From NCBI RefSeq assembly GCF_000737315.1, contig NZ_JMCB01000005.1, positions 20,001-82,000 on the forward strand: DNA of 62,000 nt, written 5' to 3'. Position 1 is the stretch's first letter. Every line of letters starts with the position of its first letter. Position numbers and translations under genes: made by a program. Shown one piece after another: positions 52,115-61,199 of the stretch. This DNA comes from Hyalangium minutum (lineage in GTDB: Bacteria > Myxococcota > Myxococcia > Myxococcales > Myxococcaceae). The notes beneath the pieces are model-generated. The model worked only from the letters and a program-made list of their open reading frames with translations. It searched no databases and had not been told where the DNA came from.

Positions 52115-55100
52115 ATGGAACAGGGGCGGCGCGCGACAGACCGGAAAGCCGTAGGTCTGCTGGTGAAGCTCAAGCACTCGGATGTGGGGAGCTTCGCAGA
52201 GGAGTTCGCCACCAACTTGAGCCCTGGCGGCATGTTCATTCGCACGCGTACACCGCAGGCGGTGGGCACGCTTGTGAAGTTCGAGGTGCAGATTGCCGGC
52301 GGCGTCCGCGTGCTGCGCGGCACGGCCGTGGTGCGCTGGGTGCGCGAGACGACCAACGAGGAAGGCCCTCCGGGCATGGGGCTCCAGTTCCAGGAACTGG
52401 ACCCGGTCACCCAGTCGCTCATCGATCGGATGCTGCAGCTCAGCAAGGCGGCCGCTTCAGCGGGTGGGGCCGCGGCGGCGGGGGACAAACCCTCCGTGGA
52501 CGTGGAGGCGCTGGAGCGGGAGATGCTGGCCAAGGGCATGCTGGACCGGGTCGGCAAGCGCATCACCGCCTCGCGCCTGCCTGCCATCGCGCCCTCCGTT
52601 GCCCCGGTCTCCCGAACGGCGCCCAAGCAGGGCCCCGGTGCGAAGCGCCAGGCCGAGGAGCTCCCCTCGGGCCCGATGCTGACCGATGAGCGGCTGGAGG
52701 AGAGCGCCGATCTGGGCGACCTCATGGACGATCTCGAGTCGATGGGCTCGCAGATCGGCAAGCCCGGCAAGCCGCCCGTGTACTCGGTGCACACGGCTCC
52801 CACGCCCGTGCCCCTGGCCGTGCCCCCTCCCGGCGAAGATGACGTGAACATCGCCGTCGATGACCTGCTTTTGGTCACCCCGGAGTCTGCTTCCGCGTCC
52901 TCCGAGGTGAAGTTCGAGGTCGTCGACGAGCCCATGCCCGACATCGACTTCGAGATGGAGTCGTTGGGCGGGGATCTGCCCGTGGCCGTGGGCATGGCGC
53001 TGGAGGACGCCGAGGTGGCCCCCGTCCTTCAGGGCCAGCCCGTGCCTCCTCCTCCTCCGGCTGCACCCGCTCGTCCTGCGGCTCCGCTGCCGCCCGTGGC
53101 GAAGGCCTACCCTGCCGTAGCGCCGCAGCCTGCTCCCTCTGTGCAGGCTGCTCCGCCCCCGCCCCCGGTCTCCGCCGCGCCCCAGGTCCCGCCGCCCGCT
53201 CCGCCGCCTCCGGCCGCTCCGCCGCCTCCTCCGGCCGCCGCGGCTCCTCCAGCTCCGCTCAAGCCTGCGTTCGACGTGGATGTCGAGCTGGGCCTCATTG
53301 GCCCCAAGCTGGTGAACCAGTCGGACTCGCCGGACTTCAAGCCTGGCAAGGGCGTGGAGTTCGAGCTGAACCTCGGAAGCGGCGAGGACATCGACGTCGA
53401 CAAGCCGGGTCAGAAGCCTCGGCGCAAGCCTCCCAACCGCGCGCCGCCGCTCCCTGCCGCTACGCCTCCGTCTTCAGGGCCCGCGCCCTCGGCTCCTCGT
53501 TCGTTCCCCGCGGGGGCGCCCGAGGCTCGTGCGGAGGCGCCGCGTCCCGCTGCGCCCGTTCCCGGGAGCGCTGCCGCGCCTGCGCCCGCGCCTCCCCGGC
53601 CGCCGGTTCCCGAGGCTCCCCCCAAGATGGTCTTCCCGCCGACCGTCTTCCTGCATCCGCCCGAGCCAGTGGTGGGCACGGGGCCGGTGATAGGCATCGA
53701 TCTGGGCACCACCAACTCGTGCGTGGCCATCATGACGGGGGGCCGTCCCCAGGTGTTGCGCTCGAAGGAGGGCTACAACACCATCCCCTCGGTCATCTCG
53801 ATCAGCTCGCAGGGCAAGCTGCTCGTGAGCCACCGGGCCAAGAGCCAGCTCGTCATGCGCCCCACGCAGACGGTCTACGGCGCGAAGCGCATTGTCGGCC
53901 GTCCCTATGAGAGCGCCGTGGTGAAGCAGGTCCGCGAGCGCTTCCACTACGAGATCGTCCCCGACGCGCTGGGCCGTGCCGCCGTGCGCGTGGCCGACAA
54001 GGTGCTCTCGCTGGAGGAGGTGCAGGGCCTCATCCTCAAGGAGTGCAAGGAGATGGCTGAGCAGCACCTCGGCCAGAAGGTGGAGCGGGCGGTGGTGACG
54101 GTGCCCGCCTACTACTCCGAGCCGCAGCGCGAGGCCGTGCGCAAGTCCGGCGCCCTGGCGGGCCTGAAGGTCGAGCGCATCCTCAACGAGCCCACCTCCG
54201 CGGCGCTGGCCTACGGCCTCAACCGCGAGATGGACAAGCGGGTGCTGGTCTACGACCTGGGCGGCGGTACCTTCGACGCGACCATCCTGCGCATCGAGAA
54301 GAACGTCTTCGAGGTGCTGGCCACCGGCGGTGACATCTTCCTGGGCGGTCTCGACCTCGACAACGCCATCGTCGACTTCCTGCTGGAGCGCTTCCAGCAG
54401 CTGGAGAACGTGCCCTTCCAGGGAGACGGCGTGGCCCTGTCGCGCGTGAGTGACGCGGCCGAGAAGGCGAAGATCGCCCTCTCCGAGCGCCAGCACTACG
54501 AGGTCCATATCCCGATGCTGATGATGGACGAGATCGGCCGACCGAGGGACCTCAACTTCACGATGACGCGCGCGGACCTGGAGCGCATCTGCGAGAGCCT
54601 GGTGTCGCGCACGCTGGATGTGGTGCGGGACGTGCTGCTGGACGCGCGGCTGAAGCCCAGCGACATCGACGACATCATCCTCGTGGGCGGTCAGGCGCGC
54701 ATGCCGCTGGTGCGCGAGAAGATCAAATCGCTGTTCGGCAAGTCGGCGCACTCGAGCGTGAACGCGGACGAGGCGGTGGCGCTGGGCGCGGCGCTGTACT
54801 CGACGGCGATCGACAAGGTGAGCAGCGTGGTGCTCATCGACGTGCTGCCGATGACGATCGGTCTGGCGATGCCGGGCGGCTCGTTCCAGCGCGTCATCGA
54901 GCGCAACACCCCGCTGCCGGCGCAGCGCTCGTTCGCGGTGGCGACCTCCCGGGACGACGAGGAGGTGCTGGAGCTGTCCATCTTCCAAGGAGAGGACAAC
55001 CACATCTCCGCCAACGAATACCTGGGCACCGTGCGGCTGGAGGGACTGCCGAAGGGCCCGAAGGGCTCGGTGCGCGTGGCGGTGACGATCAAGCTGGACG

Positions 55101-55315
55101 CGGAGTGTGTGCTCTACGTCGAGGCCCGGGAGTACCAGACGCGCAAGACGGTGCGGGCGACGCTGGCCACGCGGTACACGCCGGAGGAGTTGGCCCAACA
55201 GCTCAAGGTGGACGCGAACGCGGCGCGCGCAGCCGAGGAGCGCCGGGGCGCGGATCTGCGCGAGCGCGCGGGCCGCTTCTGGGGCTTCCTCAAGAAGGTG
55301 GTGGGCCGGTCCTGA
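52115..55315 (+). CDS. PilZ (TIGR02266-type), Pro-rich linker, Hsp70/DnaK-like fusion
   Basis: N-terminal RATDR and NLSPGGMF; long PA-rich linker; IGIDLGTTNS, TVPAYY, NEPTSAALAYG, YDLGGGTFD, VGGQARMP. Confidence 0.9.
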   Translation: MEQGRRATDRKAVGLLVKLKHSDVGSFAEEFATNLSPGGMFIRTRTPQAVGTLVKFEVQIAGGVRVLRGTAVVRWVRETTNEEGPPGMGLQFQELDPVTQSLIDRMLQLSKAAASAGGAAAAGDKPSVDVEALEREMLAKGMLDRVGKRITASRLPAIAPSVAPVSRTAPKQGPGAKRQAEELPSGPMLTDERLEESADLGDLMDDLESMGSQIGKPGKPPVYSVHTAPTPVPLAVPPPGEDDVNIAVDDLLLVTPESASASSEVKFEVVDEPMPDIDFEMESLGGDLPVAVGMALEDAEVAPVLQGQPVPPPPPAAPARPAAPLPPVAKAYPAVAPQPAPSVQAAPPPPPVSAAPQVPPPAPPPPAAPPPPPAAAAPPAPLKPAFDVDVELGLIGPKLVNQSDSPDFKPGKGVEFELNLGSGEDIDVDKPGQKPRRKPPNRAPPLPAATPPSSGPAPSAPRSFPAGAPEARAEAPRPAAPVPGSAAAPAPAPPRPPVPEAPPKMVFPPTVFLHPPEPVVGTGPVIGIDLGTTNSCVAIMTGGRPQVLRSKEGYNTIPSVISISSQGKLLVSHRAKSQLVMRPTQTVYGAKRIVGRPYESAVVKQVRERFHYEIVPDALGRAAVRVADKVLSLEEVQGLILKECKEMAEQHLGQKVERAVVTVPAYYSEPQREAVRKSGALAGLKVERILNEPTSAALAYGLNREMDKRVLVYDLGGGTFDATILRIEKNVFEVLATGGDIFLGGLDLDNAIVDFLLERFQQLENVPFQGDGVALSRVSDAAEKAKIALSERQHYEVHIPMLMMDEIGRPRDLNFTMTRADLERICESLVSRTLDVVRDVLLDARLKPSDIDDIILVGGQARMPLVREKIKSLFGKSAHSSVNADEAVALGAALYSTAIDKVSSVVLIDVLPMTIGLAMPGGSFQRVIERNTPLPAQRSFAVATSRDDEEVLELSIFQGEDNHISANEYLGTVRLEGLPKGPKGSVRVAVTIKLDAECVLYVEAREYQTRKTVRATLATRYTPEELAQQLKVDANAARAAEERRGADLRERAGRFWGFLKKVVGRS

Positions 55316-55361
55316 GGCCCCCCTCTGGCTCCCACGGGAGCGGTGCTGGTAGACGTGGCGT

Positions 55362-57044
55362 ATGTCGCGTCTCCCTGCCTCGCTGATCCTCCTCGCCATG
55401 ACCGGGGCCTGTGGCTCGGGCTCTGGTGGCGGTCCTGGTCCTTCGAATCCCGGGACGACTCCGAACACTCCTGCGGTCGAGATTACTCCGGCGGCGGGGG
55501 ACGAGTGGTATCGCAAGGCCGTCTTCTACGAGGTCTTCGTCCGGAGCTTCCAGGACTCGAATGGAGACGGGAAGGGGGACCTGAAGGGCCTCCTGTCGCG
55601 CCTGGACTATCTCAACGACGGCGATCCGAACACGACGCAGGACCTGGGCGTGGATGCGCTGTGGCTCATGCCCATCTTCGAGTCGCCGAGCTACCACGGC
55701 TATGACGTGGTGGACTACGAGCGCATCGAGCCGGACTACGGCACCCTGGAGGACTTCGAGCTGCTGTGCGTCGAGGCCCACAAACGGGGGATGCGCGTCA
55801 TCCTCGACTTCGTGATCAACCACTCGGGGGTAGGGCACCCGTGGTTCGTGGAGTCCGCCTCGTCGCCCACGTCGGCAAAGCGCGGCTGGTACGTGTGGAA
55901 GGATCAGGATCCGGGCTGGAAGCAGCCATGGAGCCAGTTCTCGAACACCCCCACGTGGCACAAGCGCAACGGCGCCTACTACTACGGCGTGTTCTGGGAC
56001 GGGATGCCGGACCTGAACATGCAGAACGCGGAGCTGCGCGCGGAGGTGAAGCGCCTGGCCTCGCTGTGGCTCGAGCGCGGCGCGGATGGCTTTCGGCTGG
56101 ATGCCGCGCGCTACCTCATCGAGACGGGGGCGGGCGCGGGCCAGGCGGACACTCCGGAGACGCACGCCTTCTGGAAGGAGTTCGCCGCGCACGTGCGGCA
56201 GGCCAAGCCGGACGCGGTGCTGGTGGGGGAGAACTGGAGCACCACGCCCATTGTCGCCACCTATTACGGCTCGACGGCGAAGGTGCCGGGTGGCGACGAG
56301 CTGCCGCTCAACTTCAACTTCGGTATCTCCGAGCAGATCCTCGCGGGGCTCAATGGCAACAATGCGGCGCCCATCGCGGCGAAGCTGGCGGAGATGGCGC
56401 GCGTATACCCGGCAGGGGTGAGCGATGCGCCCTTCCTCACGAACCACGACATGGTGCGGCTGTCCACGCAGCTCAGTGGGAACGCGGGCAAGCTGGCCAA
56501 TGCGGCGGCGCTGCTGCTCACCCTGCCTGGGGCTCCCTTCCTCTATTATGGAGAGGAGCTGGGAATGTCGAACGGTGGCGAGAACAACGACGAGTCCAAG
56601 CGCACGCCGATGCCCTGGAACGGCACGGCGGGAGGTGGCTTCACCACGGGGACGCCCTGGTACAGCTTCTCGGGGGGGTACACGTCGGGGCGCAACGTGG
56701 CTGCCCAGGAGAACGCTGCGGGCTCGTTGTTGTCGCGCTACCGGGCGCTGATCCGGGCGCGCCATGCCTCGGAGGCGCTGAGCCGCGGGGGACTCAAGCT
56801 CCTCTCGTCGACGCAGGGGACTCAGGTCATGCTCTCCTTCGTGCGCACGCTGGGCGAGGAGCGGGTGCTGGTGGTGCACAACGTCACGGACTACAACGTG
56901 TCCGCGGGCCCGTTCGACCTGCCGGGTACCACGCCCGAGATTCTCTTCGCCGACAGCAACGTCTCCGCGCTCACGAAGACCGCCACCGGTTGGCAGGCGA
57001 GCCTGCCGCCTCGCACCACGGGCATCTGGCGCCTGAAGCCGTGA
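55362..57044 (+). CDS. GH13 alpha-amylase family lipoprotein
   Basis: Lipobox TGAC; FYEVFVRSFQDSNGDGKGD, SPSYHGYD, DFVINH, GFRLDAA, VGENW, TNHD. Confidence 0.92.
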   Translation: MSRLPASLILLAMTGACGSGSGGGPGPSNPGTTPNTPAVEITPAAGDEWYRKAVFYEVFVRSFQDSNGDGKGDLKGLLSRLDYLNDGDPNTTQDLGVDALWLMPIFESPSYHGYDVVDYERIEPDYGTLEDFELLCVEAHKRGMRVILDFVINHSGVGHPWFVESASSPTSAKRGWYVWKDQDPGWKQPWSQFSNTPTWHKRNGAYYYGVFWDGMPDLNMQNAELRAEVKRLASLWLERGADGFRLDAARYLIETGAGAGQADTPETHAFWKEFAAHVRQAKPDAVLVGENWSTTPIVATYYGSTAKVPGGDELPLNFNFGISEQILAGLNGNNAAPIAAKLAEMARVYPAGVSDAPFLTNHDMVRLSTQLSGNAGKLANAAALLLTLPGAPFLYYGEELGMSNGGENNDESKRTPMPWNGTAGGGFTTGTPWYSFSGGYTSGRNVAAQENAAGSLLSRYRALIRARHASEALSRGGLKLLSSTQGTQVMLSFVRTLGEERVLVVHNVTDYNVSAGPFDLPGTTPEILFADSNVSALTKTATGWQASLPPRTTGIWRLKP

Positions 57045-57076
57045 AGTTGCCAGTTGCGGGGTGCTACATTTTGGGC

Positions 57077-57880
57077 ATGTCCCGCATCTGGCTCGTGCTC
57101 GTCTTGGTGTGTGCCCTGGCTCCACTGCAGGGAAGCGCCCAGAGTTCGCCGCCGCCGCTGGTCCCGTCGGCTCCCGAGGAGGACCCATATGATCCCAAGG
57201 GAGGCCCTACCAGCAGCGATCCCTATGGTGGCTACGATGACGAGCCAGCGCCCAGACGGAGCTCCGCTGACGGCGAGGAAAAGCCCAAGGAAGAGATCAT
57301 CCCCCATAAAGGGACGTCCTCGAGAGGCTCGAGGGCAAACAATGGGCGCGTCATCGGCGAGGCCGTGGTGGGGGGGCTGTTTGGGGTAGCGGGGGCCGTG
57401 CCGGGCTTGCTGATGATGTCAGAGCTCTGCCTGACAAGTGACTGTGACGACAGCGTCAACTCCCAGTTTTTCACGGGCATGGCGTTGGCCTTCACAGGAT
57501 GGACGCTGGGCTCGGGGCTCGGCATCGTGGTGGGAGGCAGCCTTGCCGGAGGCGAGGGTGACTTTCTGGCAACGCTGGGGGGATCTGCCTTGGGAGCGTT
57601 GGTGGGAGTGGGCGGGAGCCTGGCCACCCTCGGGCTCTCCCTGGCGCTGCATTCGGTCAGTGAGGGGCTCGGGATCCTGGCGCTCGTCATCACAGTGCCA
57701 CTCGTGAGCCTTCCCCTCCTCGTCTTGGGCCCCCTTGTGGGTGGAATCCGTTTCTACGAGAGCTCCCACGAGAGCGCCGTTGCACAACAGCAAGGGGCCA
57801 GCGCCAGTGTGCGGATGGTTCCGGTCATCAGCGTGAGCCCCTCGGGCGGGCTCGTCGCGGGGCTCATGGGGCGGTTCTGA
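57077..57880 (+). CDS. Hypothetical secreted/membrane protein with Gly-rich hydrophobic helices
   Basis: Signal peptide MSRIWLVLVLV..., GxxxG-rich hydrophobic segments, C-terminal GLVAGLMGRF. The long upstream part of the track ORF is off-frame shadow of the amylase. Confidence 0.7.
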   Translation: MSRIWLVLVLVCALAPLQGSAQSSPPPLVPSAPEEDPYDPKGGPTSSDPYGGYDDEPAPRRSSADGEEKPKEEIIPHKGTSSRGSRANNGRVIGEAVVGGLFGVAGAVPGLLMMSELCLTSDCDDSVNSQFFTGMALAFTGWTLGSGLGIVVGGSLAGGEGDFLATLGGSALGALVGVGGSLATLGLSLALHSVSEGLGILALVITVPLVSLPLLVLGPLVGGIRFYESSHESAVAQQQGASASVRMVPVISVSPSGGLVAGLMGRF

Positions 57881-57881
57881 A

Positions 57882-58835
57882 TCAGTGCACGGGCACCACT
57901 GCGGGCCATGGAGGCGGGTTCGGCCCGAGCACCTGCTCCTGCGTCACTCCCTCCGGCACCACCAGGTCCACCACCGGTGACTGGTTCGCCGCTCCCAACC
58001 TCCCTCCACCAAAAAACTCCTTCGAATCTCCCGGCACGATGGGCAGCACCATGGACGCTCTGGGGCCCTCCTTCCCGAACAGCGAGGACAGGTTCACCTT
58101 GTTCTCGAACAGAGCCCCTGTCACCGCGAGCGCGTAGCCCCACTCCGGCCGAGGCGCGCCGCCAAAGAAGTCGTTCGGCACGAAGAACTCCACCGTCGCC
58201 CCTGTCACGCGCACGCGCGTGGGGAAGAACACCTGCCCCGTCAGCTTGCGCTCCACCTCCGACTCCACCTCGCGCTGCGCGGCCTCGCCCAGGGAGCCTT
58301 GCTGGCGGATCCGCTCCTCGCGCTCCTCCCGTTGCCACTCTCCGCGCAGCTGGTCCCGCGCGTCATACGGCCGAGGCGTGAGCACGATGGCTTTCTCCCA
58401 CGCGCTCCCCGGAGCCAGCGAGAGGTTCCGCCCCGGCAGCGTCTCCGTGCGGCCCGAGCCCTCCACCCGATCCGTATCCACGTACAGGTCCAGGTTGAAC
58501 GTGTAGAACCCGAGCCGCGCCTTCTGCGCCTGCGTCTCTCCGGCGATGTCCACCGTCCGCGCCGCCTGGGGCTTCGCGATGGGCCGCGCGAAGGTCGCCT
58601 CGAACCGCGTGCCGTCATCCTCCGGGTACGCCACCAACAACAGCAGATCCATTGAGCCCGGCCCCAGGTCCTCGCGCAGCGGATAGCGCAAGTCCCCATC
58701 TCCGTGGTCATCCCCGCGCGGATCCGCCAGGGTGAAGAGCGGGGCAGTCCCTCCGGTGCTCCGGGAGAGGCACGCGCTGGCCAGCACGGCCCCCAGCGCG
58801 AGCGGCAGCAGGGCGCGGCGAAGCGGAAGCATCAA
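57882..58835 (-). CDS. Glucodextranase DOMON-like domain lipoprotein
   Basis: Lipobox ASAC; DPRGDDHGDGDLRYP, NLDLYVDTD, WEKAIVL, WGYALAV, FGGG...VVD. Confidence 0.8.
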   Translation of the reverse strand: MMLPLRRALLPLALGAVLASACLSRSTGGTAPLFTLADPRGDDHGDGDLRYPLREDLGPGSMDLLLLVAYPEDDGTRFEATFARPIAKPQAARTVDIAGETQAQKARLGFYTFNLDLYVDTDRVEGSGRTETLPGRNLSLAPGSAWEKAIVLTPRPYDARDQLRGEWQREEREERIRQQGSLGEAAQREVESEVERKLTGQVFFPTRVRVTGATVEFFVPNDFFGGAPRPEWGYALAVTGALFENKVNLSSLFGKEGPRASMVLPIVPGDSKEFFGGGRLGAANQSPVVDLVVPEGVTQEQVLGPNPPPWPAVVPVH

Positions 58836-58849
58836 CGAGACTCCGTGGG

Positions 58850-58894
58850 AAAAAAGAGAGCCCGGCGAGCGTCGCCGCGCGCCGGGCCCTTCTC
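58850..58894 (-). terminator. Intrinsic terminator/attenuator after the outer-membrane protein gene
   Basis: GCCCGGCG...CGCCGGGC stem with an A6 run on the + strand (U6 on the - transcript). Confidence 0.7.
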
Positions 58895-58915
58895 AAGCAA
58901 GAAGCGTGAGGCTGA

Positions 58916-61108
58916 CTAGAACTGAGCCTTCATGAACGCCTTCGCGCGGATGTGGTCGAACTCGCGCGTCTCCAGGCTGTTCCACCCGGAGAAGCGGTTG
59001 CGGAAACCCCGCGAGCCCACCTTCACGTTGTGGTCCTTGGCCGTCTGCTCGTCCGCGATCTGCTCCACGAAGCCCGAGCCGAAGTCCGGATCGAACGTGC
59101 CGAACGCGTACTGGCCCTCCAGGCCGAACTCCACGCCCGCGAGGATGTACTTGGCCCGCACCACCACCGAGTTCTTGTTGTGGTAGCCCGAGGCCATCTC
59201 GTGCAGGTTGTACGCCTGGAACGCCGTGTTGCCGTCGAACAGGTCCGCCAGGTACTTCGTGTAGCTCACCGAAGCATACAGGTCATCCGACAGCTGGTAG
59301 CCCGCGCCCGCCGTGAAGGCGTAGTAGCGCAGCAGCCGGTCGTCGTCCGACAGGCTGTCGAAGGGCTTCCACTGGTAGCCCGTCTGGTCCCCCACGGTGA
59401 TGACGTTCGGGTTGCCGAACGTGTCCGCCGTGGACAGGCCCGGCGAGTACTCGTTCTTCAGATCCGCGCAGGCCTCGGTGCCACCGGGGCACGCACCCGC
59501 CTTGTACGGCAGGAAGCGCGAGTCGTTGATGCGCTTGTCCGTCTCGTGGATGAACTTCGCCTTGCCGAAGATGTCGATGCCCCGGCCGAAGTCCAGCACG
59601 TAGCGCGCCTTGAGCACCGCGATGTGCGTCTTCTTGTCCTGGAAGGGCTGGAAGGCCGTGCGGAAGTTGTGGCCCACGCCCGAGTCCAGCTCCGTCGTCG
59701 GGTACGGTGTCTTCGTGTAAGAGGTGTCCGGGCTGTCGTACGCCTGCCAGTTGGTGTTGTAGGTGATGTACGAGTACTCACCCGACAAATCCAGGCCGCC
59801 GTTGCCGTAGACCGGGTTCACCGTGAAGCCCTTCCAGCCGATGGCCGTCTCCGCGAAGGGCTCGTCGAAGTCCGTGAACTCGTTGTCCACGTTGATCGTC
59901 GCCACCTGCTGGGACTCACCCGTCCACCCGCCGTAGCCAATGCGCGTGGGGTTGCCGTTGAACACGCCGTACGAGGCGTTCGAGGGGCCCGGGAAGGCGA
60001 AGCTCGCGTCATGGCCTTCCGTGAGCAGCACGTCCGACTCGCGGCGCGCCGCCATGATGGCCACGTAGTCCGAGCCGATGCTGAAGCCCTGCAGGTTCAC
60101 CGACAGCCCGATGTCCAGCGGATCGCTCAGCGTCACGTCCACCTTGAAGCTGTTGTCCTCGTGGCGGCCGGCGATCACCGGCGAGTAGCCGTTGAGGCCG
60201 AAGTCCGCGGGCGTCAGCACCGGGTCCGCGTTGCTGTACGAGTGGTACAGCGAGCCGCGGATGTCCACCTTGTCGCTCAGGCGCAGGCCGGCCTTCACGC
60301 CGCCCACGCCGTTGCGGAAGCGCGGCACCAGGTCGCGCCCATCGTCCATGTTGTTGTCCACCGTGGTGGGGGCGATCTCCGCGTCGCGCACGTAGCTGAA
60401 GATGCCGCCCACATCGAGCGCGTCGCTCAGCGCCCACTTGGTCTGGAAGCCGTACGCCGCGTCCGCCGCGTGGAACAGGCCCGTGCTGAAGGACGGACCG
60501 GCCCACAGGCGCGGCAGGCTGATGCGGGTCGCATCCCAGGTGATCTTCCGGTCGAACGCCGAGCCCTGGAGGAGGATGCCGTGCGCGTTGTCACGGTCGA
60601 TGTAGCGGATGCGGCCGATGACGTACGGATCGAACTGGCCGAAGTCATTGGCGCCGATGGTGGCTGAGTCGATCAGGTAGCCCGGGGTGATGATCACCGC
60701 CACGCCGCGCAGCTTGATGTACTGGTTGGAGCGCGGATCGAACTCGCCGCAGTCGCCGCTCACGCAGGGCTTGGACGGGTCACCGCCGAAGCCGCCGAAG
60801 TTCGTCCAGAAGTTCTGGCTGAACCGGCTGTGGATGCGGCCCTTCACCTCCACCTGGCTGGAGAGCCGGGCGTTGAGCAACAGCTCGAGCTCCGTGCCCT
60901 GGCCGTTGTCGCCATAGCCCTCGCCGGGGATGGTGGTGAAGTTGTACATGGCGCCCTGCTCTCGCAGGTTGCCGTAGAGCCACTTGGTGTACGTGGTGCC
61001 GCCAATCTGCAGCTTCGGCGCGTCCTGGGCGATGGCGGGCGCCACGGGCAGCAGCACAGCGGAGGCGGCGAGCGCCAGCGCGCTCCTCCGCAGAGACTTC
61101 TTCGACAT
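58916..61108 (-). CDS. Large outer-membrane beta-barrel (porin-like) protein
   Basis: Signal peptide (..PAIAQD), Gly/aromatic-rich amphipathic strands throughout, C-terminal KAFMKAQF with terminal Phe. Confidence 0.75.
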   Translation of the reverse strand: MSKKSLRRSALALAASAVLLPVAPAIAQDAPKLQIGGTTYTKWLYGNLREQGAMYNFTTIPGEGYGDNGQGTELELLLNARLSSQVEVKGRIHSRFSQNFWTNFGGFGGDPSKPCVSGDCGEFDPRSNQYIKLRGVAVIITPGYLIDSATIGANDFGQFDPYVIGRIRYIDRDNAHGILLQGSAFDRKITWDATRISLPRLWAGPSFSTGLFHAADAAYGFQTKWALSDALDVGGIFSYVRDAEIAPTTVDNNMDDGRDLVPRFRNGVGGVKAGLRLSDKVDIRGSLYHSYSNADPVLTPADFGLNGYSPVIAGRHEDNSFKVDVTLSDPLDIGLSVNLQGFSIGSDYVAIMAARRESDVLLTEGHDASFAFPGPSNASYGVFNGNPTRIGYGGWTGESQQVATINVDNEFTDFDEPFAETAIGWKGFTVNPVYGNGGLDLSGEYSYITYNTNWQAYDSPDTSYTKTPYPTTELDSGVGHNFRTAFQPFQDKKTHIAVLKARYVLDFGRGIDIFGKAKFIHETDKRINDSRFLPYKAGACPGGTEACADLKNEYSPGLSTADTFGNPNVITVGDQTGYQWKPFDSLSDDDRLLRYYAFTAGAGYQLSDDLYASVSYTKYLADLFDGNTAFQAYNLHEMASGYHNKNSVVVRAKYILAGVEFGLEGQYAFGTFDPDFGSGFVEQIADEQTAKDHNVKVGSRGFRNRFSGWNSLETREFDHIRAKAFMKAQF

Positions 61109-61199
61109 GATGTGAACCCCTCCTCCAGGGCCAGACGGCACCGCGGGGAAGACAGCCCCCGCGGCGGTCCAGCCAAGTCCTTAGTGAATCGGTACCGCG

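Noticed and set aside
52980-53640. CCG/CCT/GCT-rich quasi-repeats as a DNA repeat element or CRISPR
   Set aside because: They encode the Pro/Ala linker in frame; there is no constant repeat-spacer structure.
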